A model generated the notes under the pieces. That model had not been told where the DNA came from. It did no database searches and saw only the letters and a program-made list of their open reading frames with translations. From Squalus acanthias (taxonomy: Eukaryota), in assembly GCA_030390025.1 (NCBI GenBank), contig CM059449.1, forward strand, positions 32,736,001 to 32,800,000: a stretch of 64,000 nt of DNA, in the 5' to 3' direction. Below, one piece after another: positions 14,373 to 24,964 of the stretch. The translations under genes and the position numbers were made by a program. Position 1 is the first letter of the stretch, and every line of letters starts with the position of its first letter.

Positions 14373-14424
14373 ATGTTCCTCTTTGCTTTACTGAGCCTTT
14401 ACTTTTTTCAACAGGTGGTTCCTG
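14373..14424 (+). CDS. MHC class I-like gene exon 1 (signal peptide MFLFALLSLYFFQQVVP)
   Basis: ATG followed by a hydrophobic 17-codon leader ending in a phase-1 donor G|GTAAGT. It joins in frame to the alpha1 exon (G+AG = Glu). A GC box gggcgggg lies ~70 bp upstream. Confidence 0.8.
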
Positions 14425-14500
14425 GTAAGTCAAATGACAGGAATGTTGCGGCTATATTCATTATTGCACGACATGACCGCCATCGAGAATAACATATTGG

Positions 14501-14957
14501 GCCCGTGTTTAGTCCGGGTTAGACTAAAAGTCCCCGTGTTATTCCAGGGTATACCGACTGCCCCGTGTTTAGTCCGGGATACACCGACTGCCCCGTGTTT
14601 AGTCCGGGATACACCGACTGCCCCCGTGTTTAGTCCTGGATACACCGACTGTCCCGTGTTTAGTCCGGGTTACACTGACTGTCCCGTGTTTAGTCCGGGT
14701 TACACTGACTGTCCCGTGTTTAGTTCGGGATACAACGACTGCCCCATGTTTAGTCCGGGATACACTGACGGTCCCGAGTTTAGTCCGGTTTACACCGACT
14801 ACCCTCTTATTTAGTCCGGGTTACACTGACTGCCTTCTTGTTTCGTCTGGGTTACAACGACTGCCCTCTTATGTAGTCCCGTATAAACCGACTGCCCTCT
14901 TGTTTAGTTCGGGTGACACTGACTGCCCTCTTGCTTAGCCCGGGTTACACTGACTGC
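14501..14957. repeat. CpG-containing 30/31-bp minisatellite (~15 units) in MHC intron 1
   Basis: Tandem units of the ccccgtgtttagtccgggatacaccgactg type, drifting to ccctcttgtttagtcc variants toward the 3' end. Confidence 0.95.
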
Positions 14958-15127
14958 TTCGGACCTTGCGGATGCCCTGGGGGAGCTCCAGCGTTGGTTA
15001 AAATGGTGAGGTGACGATAGGGGCTCGTGTGGCGCTGGACGCTTAAGAAAGGTGCCGGTGATTTACTGTAGGCCTGAAGTAATGTTCCTCAATCATAGAT
15101 GGGGATTTGTGCGGTGATTCAGACCGA

Positions 15128-15342
15128 CGTGTTGCCAACTCTGGTTGGACTCATTCCAGGAGCTTTCATCACATGACCTCCAGCCCAGTCAACCCGCCTT
15201 TTGTCCCCAGCTCCAATACTGTTATAATTGTGATTGTTGTGCTGTTGCTGTTATCTTTCTCCCGAGTTTCTCGCAGCTGTGTCCAGGAGATTAATCTCTA
15301 ATTCCTGGAGATTCCGGGATAGTTCTGGTGGGAGGGCAAGCT
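15128..15342. mobile_element. Possible short non-autonomous DNA transposon with GTTGCC...GGCAA ends
   Basis: Left end cgtgttgccaac and right end gggcaagcta resemble degenerate inverted termini. It has an internal palindrome ccaggagattaatctctaattcctgg. Confidence 0.35.
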
Positions 15343-16817
15343 ATTCTCCGCCCGTCCGAAAGATAAAGTTGGTGGGGACAGTATAATTTTCGTGACCCGG
15401 CTTCATTTACAGGAAATGAGCGCCAAGGCCTTTTGATTTAAAGGCAGTCTCCAGTCCCTTAAAGGGAAGGTTCACTTTTCAAGGATGGTTAATGGAGAGC
15501 GATTTATTGGAGCAGCAGATTGCATGACATGTTCAGGTGTCCTCCGATTCTCTGTGGCAGCGGTGGAAGCGCTTGTAGAGCAAATTACCCCGGTATTGAG
15601 AACCTCGTCTCCTCTAATGGGTAACGATAGGCCCGTCAAATTAGTCAGCAGTAATGGCGAGAGGTGGATGAGCAAGCCAATGGCAGCAACATTGGGTATA
15701 AAGTGCTTGGTACCCGGAAGCGGCTGATGACAATTGACAGCCTGTTTTGATCTATCGTCCAATTCTCTTTTCCATTGACTTCAATCCAATACAAATTCAG
15801 ACGGCGGGCCAAGTTGGCTGTTGATTCGCTATCGCCCATTCTGCTATGCCGCCCAAGACACATTTATACTCCATTTCCCCATGAATCTGTCTGCATTGCA
15901 GGAAGAATCTTAATGACATTACCAGGACTGCCAAGGTCAGACTCGGCTTCACATCTCTCTTTCGGTCTGCACAGCCTCGCACCGCCTGAGAGTAGCCGCT
16001 GCGCTACTAATCCTTTCCTCCCCATTTCCCATGGCTCTCCTCCAATCACAACAGACCCTTCACGACATGCCAGAGTGGAATTACCAGAAGACCATTAACA
16101 GTTCAAAATATTCAGCAGCCAGTACAAGCATTTTAAATGGATTAAGTAGTGAAATCCCACAACATAATAGAAGAAAAATATCTCCCAAATATTCCAGCAT
16201 TTTATTTGAGACCAACTGAGGATTCCTTTAATATCTGCCTCCCGATTGGTTCCACTTTGCCGGCAGGATCAGAAACTGGCGGTAACAATGTTGGCAGAGA
16301 GGAAAATGTTGTTAAGGACTTGATAACTTCCTTTAACCCCAATTTGCATATATTCAAGCTGCTTTTTCCCCTCTTTTGCTCAGTAAATCTGAGGCCAATT
16401 TTAATGTTGCTACAAGTAGCGGGCTGGGAGCAGATCACTGCGCACGCACCAGGGCTGGATTCTGCATGGCTTAGTACCATTATTCTGGGTGCACTTCCTC
16501 ACTAATTCACCAAAGAATCCCCAGGTCAGACTTGGGACTAAAATCTTAAAGTTACGATTTACAAATGAGCTGAGCTGATGTAATTTATTCGAACCATCAC
16601 ATTTTTCATTTATTTCGAAAATGGGAATATTCTTGTCAAGGATAAGATTTAATATTAAGGGTCATTTTGCCTTCTCTGCAATAGTTTAACACGGGAGCGA
16701 TGGCAAAATATTCAGTGTTCTCGCATTTTTCTGAATACATTATTTGTCCCTATTTGTTTAGCAAACTGACATTTCTGATATTTGATACGGCAATGATTTT
16801 TTTGTATTATGTCCTAG

Positions 16818-17078
16818 AGTCTCACTCTCTGCTATATTACTACACCCTGAACCATGGGAGTGTTGATCTGCCGGAGTATAGTATTATGGGGCTTTTGGAT
16901 GGCTGTGAGATAGACTATTACGACCAAAATATGAAAATAACTGTTCCAAGACAGCAATGGATGGCGGAAGCATTTGAGAAGAGTTACTGGGACGAATACA
17001 CAATCACTCAAGCTGGTTTCCACGGACTCATCAAGGGACAGGTTGATAGATGGTTGCAGCAGAACAACCAAACATCAA
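16818..17078 (+). CDS. MHC class I-like gene exon 2 (alpha1 domain)
   Basis: Acceptor cctag| and donor a|gtgagt, 261 nt. Translates (E)SHSLLYYYT...PEYSIMGLLDG...VPRQQWM...SYWDEYT...NNQTS, with class I hallmarks H3, Y7, D29, W51, Y59, W60 and the N86 sequon. Confidence 0.95.
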
Positions 17079-17115
17079 GTGAGTGTATTCGTTTGAATGA
17101 ATGCAGCGAACGACA

Positions 17116-17294
17116 GGGGTCATTTAAACTTGGGGGATAGTGTAACATGAGTGATATCGAACAGCCTGATATACATCCGCCTGATTTTCCCTTCCATTGA
17201 CTTCAACAGAAAGGAACATTAGGCGAGGTGTATAATGGGCAACTAATTGAAAATCACCCATTTTACACCCTCTCTGGAATGTAACATTAACCCC
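17116..17294. mobile_element. ~180-bp palindromic MITE (GGGGT...ACCCC family), 38 bp after the alpha1 donor
   Basis: Ends ggggtcattt/cattaacccc, fold-back arms and a central ccattgacttcaa palindrome shared with other copies in the window. Confidence 0.7.
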
Positions 17295-17655
17295 AATGAA
17301 TGATATTTGTCATACTGGGGGTTAAATCCAGTGTTGGTGTGTGTAAAATGGGCAGTAGCAGCGAGGCCGCCCTTTATACATGCTGCCTGATTTTCCTTTA
17401 CATTCACTTCTCAGTAAAATGGACCGAGGTCTATAACAGGCGGCTTTTCCGCTGCCACCCGTTCAGCAACCCTGCTGAAGTTGAATTTCACTTTCACCGC
17501 CAGATAAAATCCGGGCGCCTGTGATTCAGCTTTTGTTTTACACCTCGGTCGATAAAGAAAATGAGATGTGGTGGAAAACGGGCGAAATACGGGCGCCTGT
17601 GAATCAGCTGTCGTTTTACACCTTAATCGATTTTCTGAAAATCGGACATGGTGTA

Positions 17656-18124
17656 CTCTTTTGGTGCACACTTGGAACAAATAAAGTGTAAATAAAAAAA
17701 AACATTAAAGGAAACCAAACAACTTAAATTAAAAGGTGGTTACTGGTGGTGAAGATGCACTCGAGTCCCTGCGGTATCCACCGATCGTGGAAGATCACAA
17801 GCGTGCCGGCGGACACCGTGGGCTCCAGCTCCAGGGCCACCCGGGCGCGAACGTGGCCGCGGAAGAAAGGCAGGAAGTCGGGCCGAACGACCCCATCGAC
17901 CGCCCGCCGCCTTGACCAGTTGATGGCCACTTTGGACAGGCCCAGGAGCAGTCCTACGAGGATGTCCCCCGATCTGCCCGCCCCCCTCCGCACCGGGTGA
18001 CCAAAGATCAGAAGCGTGGTAGTGAAATGCAGCAAAAAATCGAGGAGCAACCCCTTCAGATAATGGTAGAGGGGCCGCAACCACTCACATTCGATATATA
18101 AATGGAACACGGACTCCTCCAGGC
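17656..18124 (-). mobile_element. 5'-truncated Tx1/L1-clade non-LTR retrotransposon 3' end with 14-bp TSD
   Basis: The minus-strand frame gives EESVFHLYIEC (end of a CCHC knuckle) ...LLLGLSKVAINWSR..., typical of a Tx1-type ORF2 C-terminus. It is flanked by the direct repeat tcggacatggtgta at 17642-17655 and 18125-18138. Confidence 0.8.
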
Positions 18125-18779
18125 TCGGACATGGTGTAAAGTGGGCGGCCGATTCAGCACTGGTCATATTTCAAATGGGGATAACAGTTAAAAATCCGCC
18201 TCTCCCCACCACCACCAGTGTTTATTGAATGACATTTGTATTATTACATTTAATTTATGATATTTGTAATATTATATTTATTTCATTTTTTTGCTGTTAT
18301 TTTACATTTAACTGTTTATTGGCGAAATTTTTAAATCTTCAGCAAATAAGTAAAGTGGCCAATATTGGACCGACCGCCCGTTCTGCACCTCGCTTGGATT
18401 CCCTTTCAATTGGACGAGGTTTATAACAGGCCACTGACCCAATATTGTCCGCTTTGCACTATAACCACAATTTAAAATTAACCCCCCATTGATGGTAACA
18501 TTACTTTTAATGAATGATATTAGTAACACATTTATTGAATGACATTGGAAATAACACATTTATTGAATCATACTGACAATATTATGTTTGTTGAATTATA
18601 TTGGCAAAATTGAATTGAAGGATTATTATTCATATCATTGCATTTGCTCAGTTATATAGGTGAGCACATATTTGATATTTAATGTAGATGTGTAAGTTTG
18701 AGGCTACAATGCCGTCTTATATCCCGCAGGTGGCTTACCAGAAAAGCATAATGCATTGCCCGCAGTTTTCTATTCATTA

Positions 18780-18963
18780 GGAGTAAATTTTATATTTGGG
18801 CAATAGTGTAAAATAAGCGATATCGAACGGACTACCCAATATACTCCCTGTCTGATTTTCGCTTCCGTTGACCTCTATGGATATGAAAATCAGGCGGGTT
18901 GCAAAATGGGCGGACGAGCCAATATCGCCCATTTTACACTCTCAGCCAAAGTCAAAATTACCC
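18780..18963. mobile_element. ~180-bp palindromic MITE copy
   Basis: ggagtaaatttt...aaaattaccc ends and gcgatatcg/gccaatatcgcc arms, same family as 17116-17294. Confidence 0.7.
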
Positions 18964-19306
18964 AAATGCAGTCAAGTCCATTGTAACAAGGTTGGAGGAC
19001 ATATAATGTTAGCCTATGCTGTGCAAACATAATTCAGTCCCCAATTTAAAGTCATACATTCTGGCATGTATTGTGATAGCATTGGCAAATATTCTGGTAT
19101 GTTATTTATAGTTAAGTAACAACATTGCTGGACAATTGTGAAGGTGCGAACTAGAGTTGATTGAACACACGGGAGTTTTCCATAAGTATAGGCTGAAGAG
19201 TTGGGCAACAAAAAAACGGTGGCATTACAGCGCCACCACTGGACCGAGGGTGCAATTGCAACATGCTGACTTTACATCGGCAACTCCCATTTCAAATGTT
19301 GACATG

Positions 19307-19645
19307 TAGAATCATAGAATAATACAGCACAGAAAGAGGTCATTCGGCCCATCGTGCCTGTGCCGGTTCTTTGAAAGCTATCCAATTAGATCCACTCCCC
19401 TTCACTTTCTCCATAGCCCTGCAACGTTTCCCTTTCAAGTATTTGTCCAATTCCCTTTTGAAAGTCACTATTGAATCTGCTTCCAGCACCCTCTCAGGTA
19501 ATGCATTACAGATCACAACAACTCACCGCATAAAATAAATGCTCATATCACGTCTGGTACTTTTTCTAATTACCTTAAAGCTGTGTCCTCTGGTTAGCGA
19601 ACTCTCTCCATATTCACTCTATCCAACACCTTCATGTTTTTGAAC
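19307..19645 (-). mobile_element. CR1-type LINE 3' end fragment
   Basis: Reverse complement of the CR1 3' tail: tagaatcatagaataatacagcacagaaagaggtcattcggccc. Confidence 0.8.
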
Positions 19646-19699
19646 ATGAATTCAGAGGAATTGATAATGGCAAAAGGTTGATAAAAATGTGACAAGAGG

Positions 19700-20280
19700 A
19701 AGTAAGAACTTAAGAAAATAAGAAATTGGAGCAGGAACAGGCTATTCGGCCCCTCGAGCCTGCTCTGCCATTTAATGAGATCATGGTTGATCCGATTTTG
19801 GCCTCAACTACGCTTTCCTGCCCTCTCCCCGTAATCCTTGACTCCCCTGTTGCTCAAAATCTGTCTATCTCAGCCTTGAATATATTCAATGACTCAGCTT
19901 CCAATGCTCTCTGGGGTAAAGAATTTCAAAGACTCACGACCCTCTGAGAGAAGAAACTCCTCCTCATCTCCATCTTAAATGGGCGACCCCTTATTCTGAG
20001 ACTGTGTCCCCTAGTTCGAGATGCCCTGACGAGGGGAAACATCCTCTCAGCATCAACCCTGTCCAACTCCCTGAAAATCTTATATGTTACAATAAGATCA
20101 CCTGACATTCTTTTAAACTCCAATGAGTATAGTCCCAAACTGCTCAACCTTTCCTCATACGACAACATTTCCATCCCAGGAATCAACCTAGTGAACCTTC
20201 TCTGAACTGCCTCCAATGCAAGTATATCCCTCTTTAAATAAGGGGACCAAATCTATACGCAAATCTATACCATGTGTGGA
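19700..20280 (-). mobile_element. CR1-type LINE 3' fragment
   Basis: Minus ORF EAVQRRFTRLIPGM...YEERLSSLGLYSLE...FFSQRVV, plus a taagaa-type 3' tail. Confidence 0.9.
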
Positions 20281-20634
20281 CAGGTAGTACATAACATTTC
20301 TAATATAATATAGGTAGATTTACAGTTAAATACCAACATTTATTCAATTTGGGAAGCGGAGACGTAGAATTGGTTGGAGCACAGCAGTTTCTCTGGGAAA
20401 TGCAAAGCTAAGTCCGAAAGTGCCACCACCGGTGGGAGGCTGTAATTACAGCATGACGAGCTTACGCTGGCAGCTTCCATTATAAAGGTGTACATAGTAA
20501 TTTATAAAGGGAATTGTTAACACAAATGTAATAGAAACATGATAACAGGAAGTATGCTTTTGTGGACAGGAACTGCACACAGATGTAAGATTTTAAATTT
20601 TTTTACTCAATTTCCTGTGGTGTTACATATGTGA

Positions 20635-20851
20635 GGGGTAATTTTAACTTTTGCTGACAGTGCAAAATGAGCGATATTGGATCGGTCACCCATTACACAC
20701 TCCGCACAATCTTCCCTTCCATTGGGGCCATGGTGAATTGACAGTCATTTTACATCTTTGAAGTTAATAGAAGAACAATATTGGAGTGTAAAACTGGTGC
20801 TGATTCGATATGAGTCCATTTCGCACTACTGGGAAAGACCAATTTCACCTC
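20635..20851. mobile_element. Palindromic MITE copy
   Basis: ggggtaattttaac...aatttcacctc ends, same family as 17116-17294. Confidence 0.6.
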
Positions 20852-21186
20852 GTCGGTATTTTGTTCAATGGGCATTGAGTATAACATCAGGGACTTGATG
20901 TTGAGTTACAGAAGACATTGATTAGGCCACTGTTGGGTTTTTTCATGCAGTTCTGAGCACCTAATATAGCAAGAATATTACAGCAGGCAGCTGCCGTTTA
21001 CCTTTGGTGCCAATTGTTCTCTTTTTGTGCTGTAAATTATATGTCGCTGTGTGATGAACCTTGTTTTAGACACTAAACGCCATTTCTATCTGGAAAGAGT
21101 GACTAAAAAATAACTGAAATTCTCATGTTTGGTGTGAATAGATGAGATAATTATGTAGCTATTGATGGATTCAATTACTGTTCTAG

Positions 21187-21462
21187 GTACTCATTACATT
21201 CAAGGACTGTTTGGCTGTGAACTGAATGATGCCAATCCTAGTGTAGGGATTGTGAAGTTTGCTTATGATGGAAGATACGCATTTAGTTTTGATAAAGACA
21301 AATTGGTTTGGACTGTACATGATCCAGTAGCTCAGACCTTCAAAGTGAAATGCGATAAGGAAACAAAGATGAACCTTTATTTCAAGAGCTTGTTAGAAAA
21401 GGACTGTGTGGATTTATGGAGGACATACTATTCACTTGGAAATGCATCACTCACCAGAAAAG
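21187..21462 (+). CDS. MHC class I-like gene exon 3 (alpha2 domain)
   Basis: Acceptor ttctag| and donor g|gtaagt, 276 nt (canonical size). Translates THYIQGLFGCEL...FAYDG...LVW...LLEKDCVDLWRTYY, with the C101-C164 pair. Confidence 0.95.
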
Positions 21463-21480
21463 GTAAGTTCAGAACAACCC

Positions 21481-21618
21481 GGGGGTAATTTTAAAGTTTG
21501 GTGACAGTGTAGAACTGGCGATATTGGATCAGCTTCCGTTATACACTCCCCATTCTGCTTTAACAGGCCGATCCGATATCACCTGTTTTACACTAGTAAC
21601 ACAAATTAAAATGATTTC
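21481..21618. mobile_element. Palindromic MITE copy filling most of MHC intron 3
   Basis: Starts gggggtaattttaaag 19 bp after the alpha2 donor, with gcgatattggatc/gatccgatatcac inverted arms. Confidence 0.65.
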
Positions 21619-21684
21619 ATTCAGTCTATTGTGAAAAGTGCGCCTTTTATTGAATTTGAAAATAACTGTCGTTCTATCATGTAG

Positions 21685-21951
21685 TTTCCCCTGAAGTCTC
21701 AGTTATTGCCAGGGCTGCTGATCGTTGGTTTCTCCAGTGCATTGCGACTGGATTTTACCCACATTCCATCAATGTGACCTGGTTGAAGAATGGAGAACAT
21801 GCCCCCGAGACCAAATCTACTGGCTTATTACCCAATGAAGATGGGACGTATCAACTAACAACAACCCTTGAATTTGATCCGTATGATGGGAAACAATACT
21901 CCTGTCATATTGAGCACAGCAGCTTGCCGGGTGGGAAGACAGTCTCCTGGG
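21685..21951 (+). CDS. MHC class I-like gene exon 4 (alpha3, C1-set Ig domain)
   Basis: Acceptor catgtag| and donor g|gtaagg, 267 nt. Translates VSPEVSV...LQCIATGFYPHSINVTWLKNG...LLPNEDGTYQ...YSCHIEHSSL...VSW. Confidence 0.95.
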
Positions 21952-22534
21952 GTAAGGACATGAGCAGCGATACAGAACAATCCATCAATAATAGCAACAA
22001 TCACCCACACCTGTCTTGCTCTTTCTCTCTTTTTCTTTATACATCAGACAACACTTTTGTTATCTCTATACTGCAGACTGTCTGTGACTGTTCCTCATTC
22101 TTTCTCTCTCTTTTAGTCCATTTCAGTTATCTTCTGACTCTTCCATAATCTGCACCCACCCCTCCTTGTGTGCTTCTCACACACTTGCTTTCTCTCTATA
22201 TCTTTCCCATTGCTTCTTACTGTTTATCTCCACTCTGCACCAACACCCCACACACACCGCACGGCCTCAGAGTTAGATAACAAATGAATCCCTTTTCACA
22301 GTCTATCTGGGTTAGAGAATGGATTAATCTACATTCACCACCCACTCTCAGACATCAGACTCTTTATTTGCCCGACTTGCTGTTGCTTCACACTTTGTTT
22401 CTGCTTTCTCATTGTTTTTCCCTTTCACTGTGGTGATGGAGTTGCTCGGTTTCTGAGCTGGAACTTTTGCTCTGTGCTGAACTATTTCCCTCGCAGTTTC
22501 AGTGTGTTTTTGTTTCTCTTGTCTCTTTGTTCAG

Positions 22535-22654
22535 GTGGGGAAGGAGGTGACGGGTCACTTTGGGATAATAGAGGAGGAGAGGGGATGTGTTGTGAGGAAA
22601 GGTCATTAAAATGCAGTGCAGTAGGGGGAAGAGTGAAAATAATGCCGCCTGGCG
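22535..22654 (+). CDS. Candidate MHC exon 5, hydrophilic (no transmembrane helix)
   Basis: Strong polypyrimidine acceptor (ttgtctctttgttcag|) and phase-1 donors at 22655 (gtaagg) and 22661 (gtgagt). The in-frame peptide is GGEGGDGSLWDNRGGEGMCCEERSLKCSAVGGRVKIMPPG. Usage is not proven. Confidence 0.35.
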
Positions 22655-22794
22655 GTAAGGGTGAGTCTGAGGCTGGGCTCCTGAGGCGGGAATGGGCCGA
22701 AGTGCACTGGGAGCTGCAGGCAGGGAAGGTGGGGACGCTGGGCTTTGCCCAGAAAGCAAGAATCTGCAGCAAGAATGGAGGTTGCGACAGCTGG

Positions 22795-23035
22795 GGGACC
22801 TCAGGACGTCCCAAAGCGCTTTACAACCAATGAAGTGCTTTCTTTATAAGTGTAGTCACTGTTGTAATGTATGAAACGCGGCAGCCAAGTTGCGCACAGG
22901 GATCTTTTACATCCACCTGAGAGGGCAGATTGGGTCTCGATTTAACGTCCCATCTAAAGATGGTACCACCGACAGTGCAGCTGTCCCTCAGCACTGCACT
23001 GGTGTGTCAGTCTAGATTTTACTGGAGTGGGATTA
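22795..23035 (-). mobile_element. DeuSINE-superfamily (SacSINE1/AmnSINE1-like) SINE fragment
   Basis: Contains tttaacgtcccatctaaagatggtaccaccgacagtgcagctgtccctcagcactgcactgg, which resembles the Deu-domain core from memory, plus a cccaaagcgctttaca 3' end. Confidence 0.65.
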
Positions 23036-23119
23036 AATTGGTTAATTTGTTAACTTCTGTAAGAACAACTGGAATTTTATCGAGGGAAAGTTACTAATGG
23101 AACTCTAAGTTTAATCACA

Positions 23120-23730
23120 CGAGGTACAGAACATAACAGCCAAGAAGTAAATATGAGCCTCTATAAAACCTTAAAATCGGAGTTAGAACACTGTGTGCAG
23201 TATAGAATTTCACGCGATAGGGGGGATATTGAGCTTCAGAGAAGCTACAAGGTGGATTCACTAGGATGCTGCCCGATAGAAGGAAACAAAAATACAAGGA
23301 AAGACTTGGAAAATGCGCATTTTTATTAGAAAAAACGCATATTACGGGTGATATAATACAAGTGTTTAAAATGATGGAAGGATGGCTCAGGGTAGATAGA
23401 AGCATACTGTTTCCAGTAGTTGAGGGTCAAGAATGAGGGATTATAGATACCAGGTTAAATGTTAGAGATTTAGAACAGAGGGCAGGAGACGATTCTTTTC
23501 ACAGTGCGTTGTGAGGCTGTGGAATCCACTTCTAGTGATAGATGTTGAGGCAGAAACTATGGCAACATTTAAGATTAGATTGAGAAGGTGGACAAAGGGA
23601 AAAGGGGTTGAAGGGATATGAGAACAGGATGGGTAAATGTGATTAGTAATATTTACTGGTGTGTAGAGTAAATGCCGATACGCACTGGTTCGGCCAAAGG
23701 ATCTCTTTCCATGTTGTAACTTCTACTTTA
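23120..23730 (+). mobile_element. Highly decayed CR1-type 3' fragment
   Basis: Remnants of LEHCVQ and FTRMLP, and the gtgaggctgtggaat 3' segment. Confidence 0.75.
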
Positions 23731-23793
23731 TTCGATATGCATGTGCCCCAAGTGTAGTGAAATTAAAATCCAGTTCTTTATGAACAAATTTAA

Positions 23794-23944
23794 GGGGTGA
23801 AATTGGGCGATAACACAAAATAGCCACTAGTGAATCGGCTGCCATTTCATTGAAGTCAATAGAAAAGCCCATGGGGTAGGTGTGTAAGTGGCTGGTGATT
23901 CGCTATCGCCATTTGGCGCTACCGCCTGAGCCCAATTTCACCCC
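23794..23944. mobile_element. Palindromic MITE copy with clean TIRs
   Basis: ggggtgaaattggg ... cccaatttcacccc (14-bp perfect inverted ends) and central cattgaagtcaatag. Confidence 0.8.
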
Positions 23945-24964
23945 ATTAAGTTTTGTAACAGGTGGCCCACACATGAAAACTTTCCCCATGGTAACACCAT
24001 CAGCATCAACATGAATTTATGTTTGATTGGTATGTTAAGATGGAAGCATACATGCTAATAACCTTTATTACCAATACCATCGTATTATTACAAGCGTTCT
24101 CTCTGAACATGTGTCTTTTCAGAACAAGGCAGACATTTCAAATACTTCCTTAAACAGCACCGCCAACTCCTGCAAATCAAAAAAACCCAGGTTTAAGAAA
24201 GGAGGTCAGCATCACAGTCCATGGAAAGGGTCATTTCCTCTGGAATGTTTTAAAGGCGAACCTTAACTCCTAGTGGTGAATGAAAGGGGGCTGACAGGGC
24301 ACAGATCCACATTAATTGTCTCAGTGACAATGCAAGTTTAATAACCTTCCTGATTCAGTATTGTAGCGAGTACTTTCTCTTCCGACAGGCCACATTCACA
24401 CTGCAGCCTGAGGATCCCTGAGGGATGGTTTGGCTTAACGCCAGATGTTTTAGTGTAAATCCAGACTCAGGACCTCACCTGACTACCAGGTGAAGTAGAG
24501 GGAGACTGCCTCCTCCAGAATATCCCTTCGCACCAAATCTAATGTTGTGATGTAAATGGTTTCCGAGTGGCATTAAGATAAAAGGTGGAAATATAATCAG
24601 AAGATCACAAAGCAGACTGGAACTTCCAGGTGTTAAACACCTTCCGTCAGATTTCATTTCCCGGAGTGCCCCATTAAGGCAAATGATGTCCGTCCCTACT
24701 GTGGTCATTGCACCTTCATAGGGGCAGGACAGGGAAGAGAGTCATTGGGTGTCATTTTCTGATTAGGAGATATTGTAAAACAGGCGTCATCGGATCAGCG
24801 ACCCGTTACACAACTCTCCCAACTTTCCTTCCCATTGATCTCAAGGAAAGGACAATCGGGAGAGGTGTATAACAGATGCCCGAACCGATATCGTCCATTT
24901 TACATTAACGCCAACAATTAAAATGACCTCCATCGAGTATAAATTTGTCTTGCGCGGTAGTTCA

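Noticed and set aside
14434-14814. 126-aa ORF with repeated PVFSPGYTDC units; array superficially CRISPR-like
   Set aside because: It is the translation of the intronic minisatellite. The units are contiguous with no unique spacers and no cas genes.
21952-22148. Hydrophobic read-through tail after alpha3 as the TM segment
   Set aside because: It lies past a good GT donor in C/T-rich intron sequence. The hydrophobicity is compositional and is not followed by a basic stop-transfer motif. It remains only an alternative to test.
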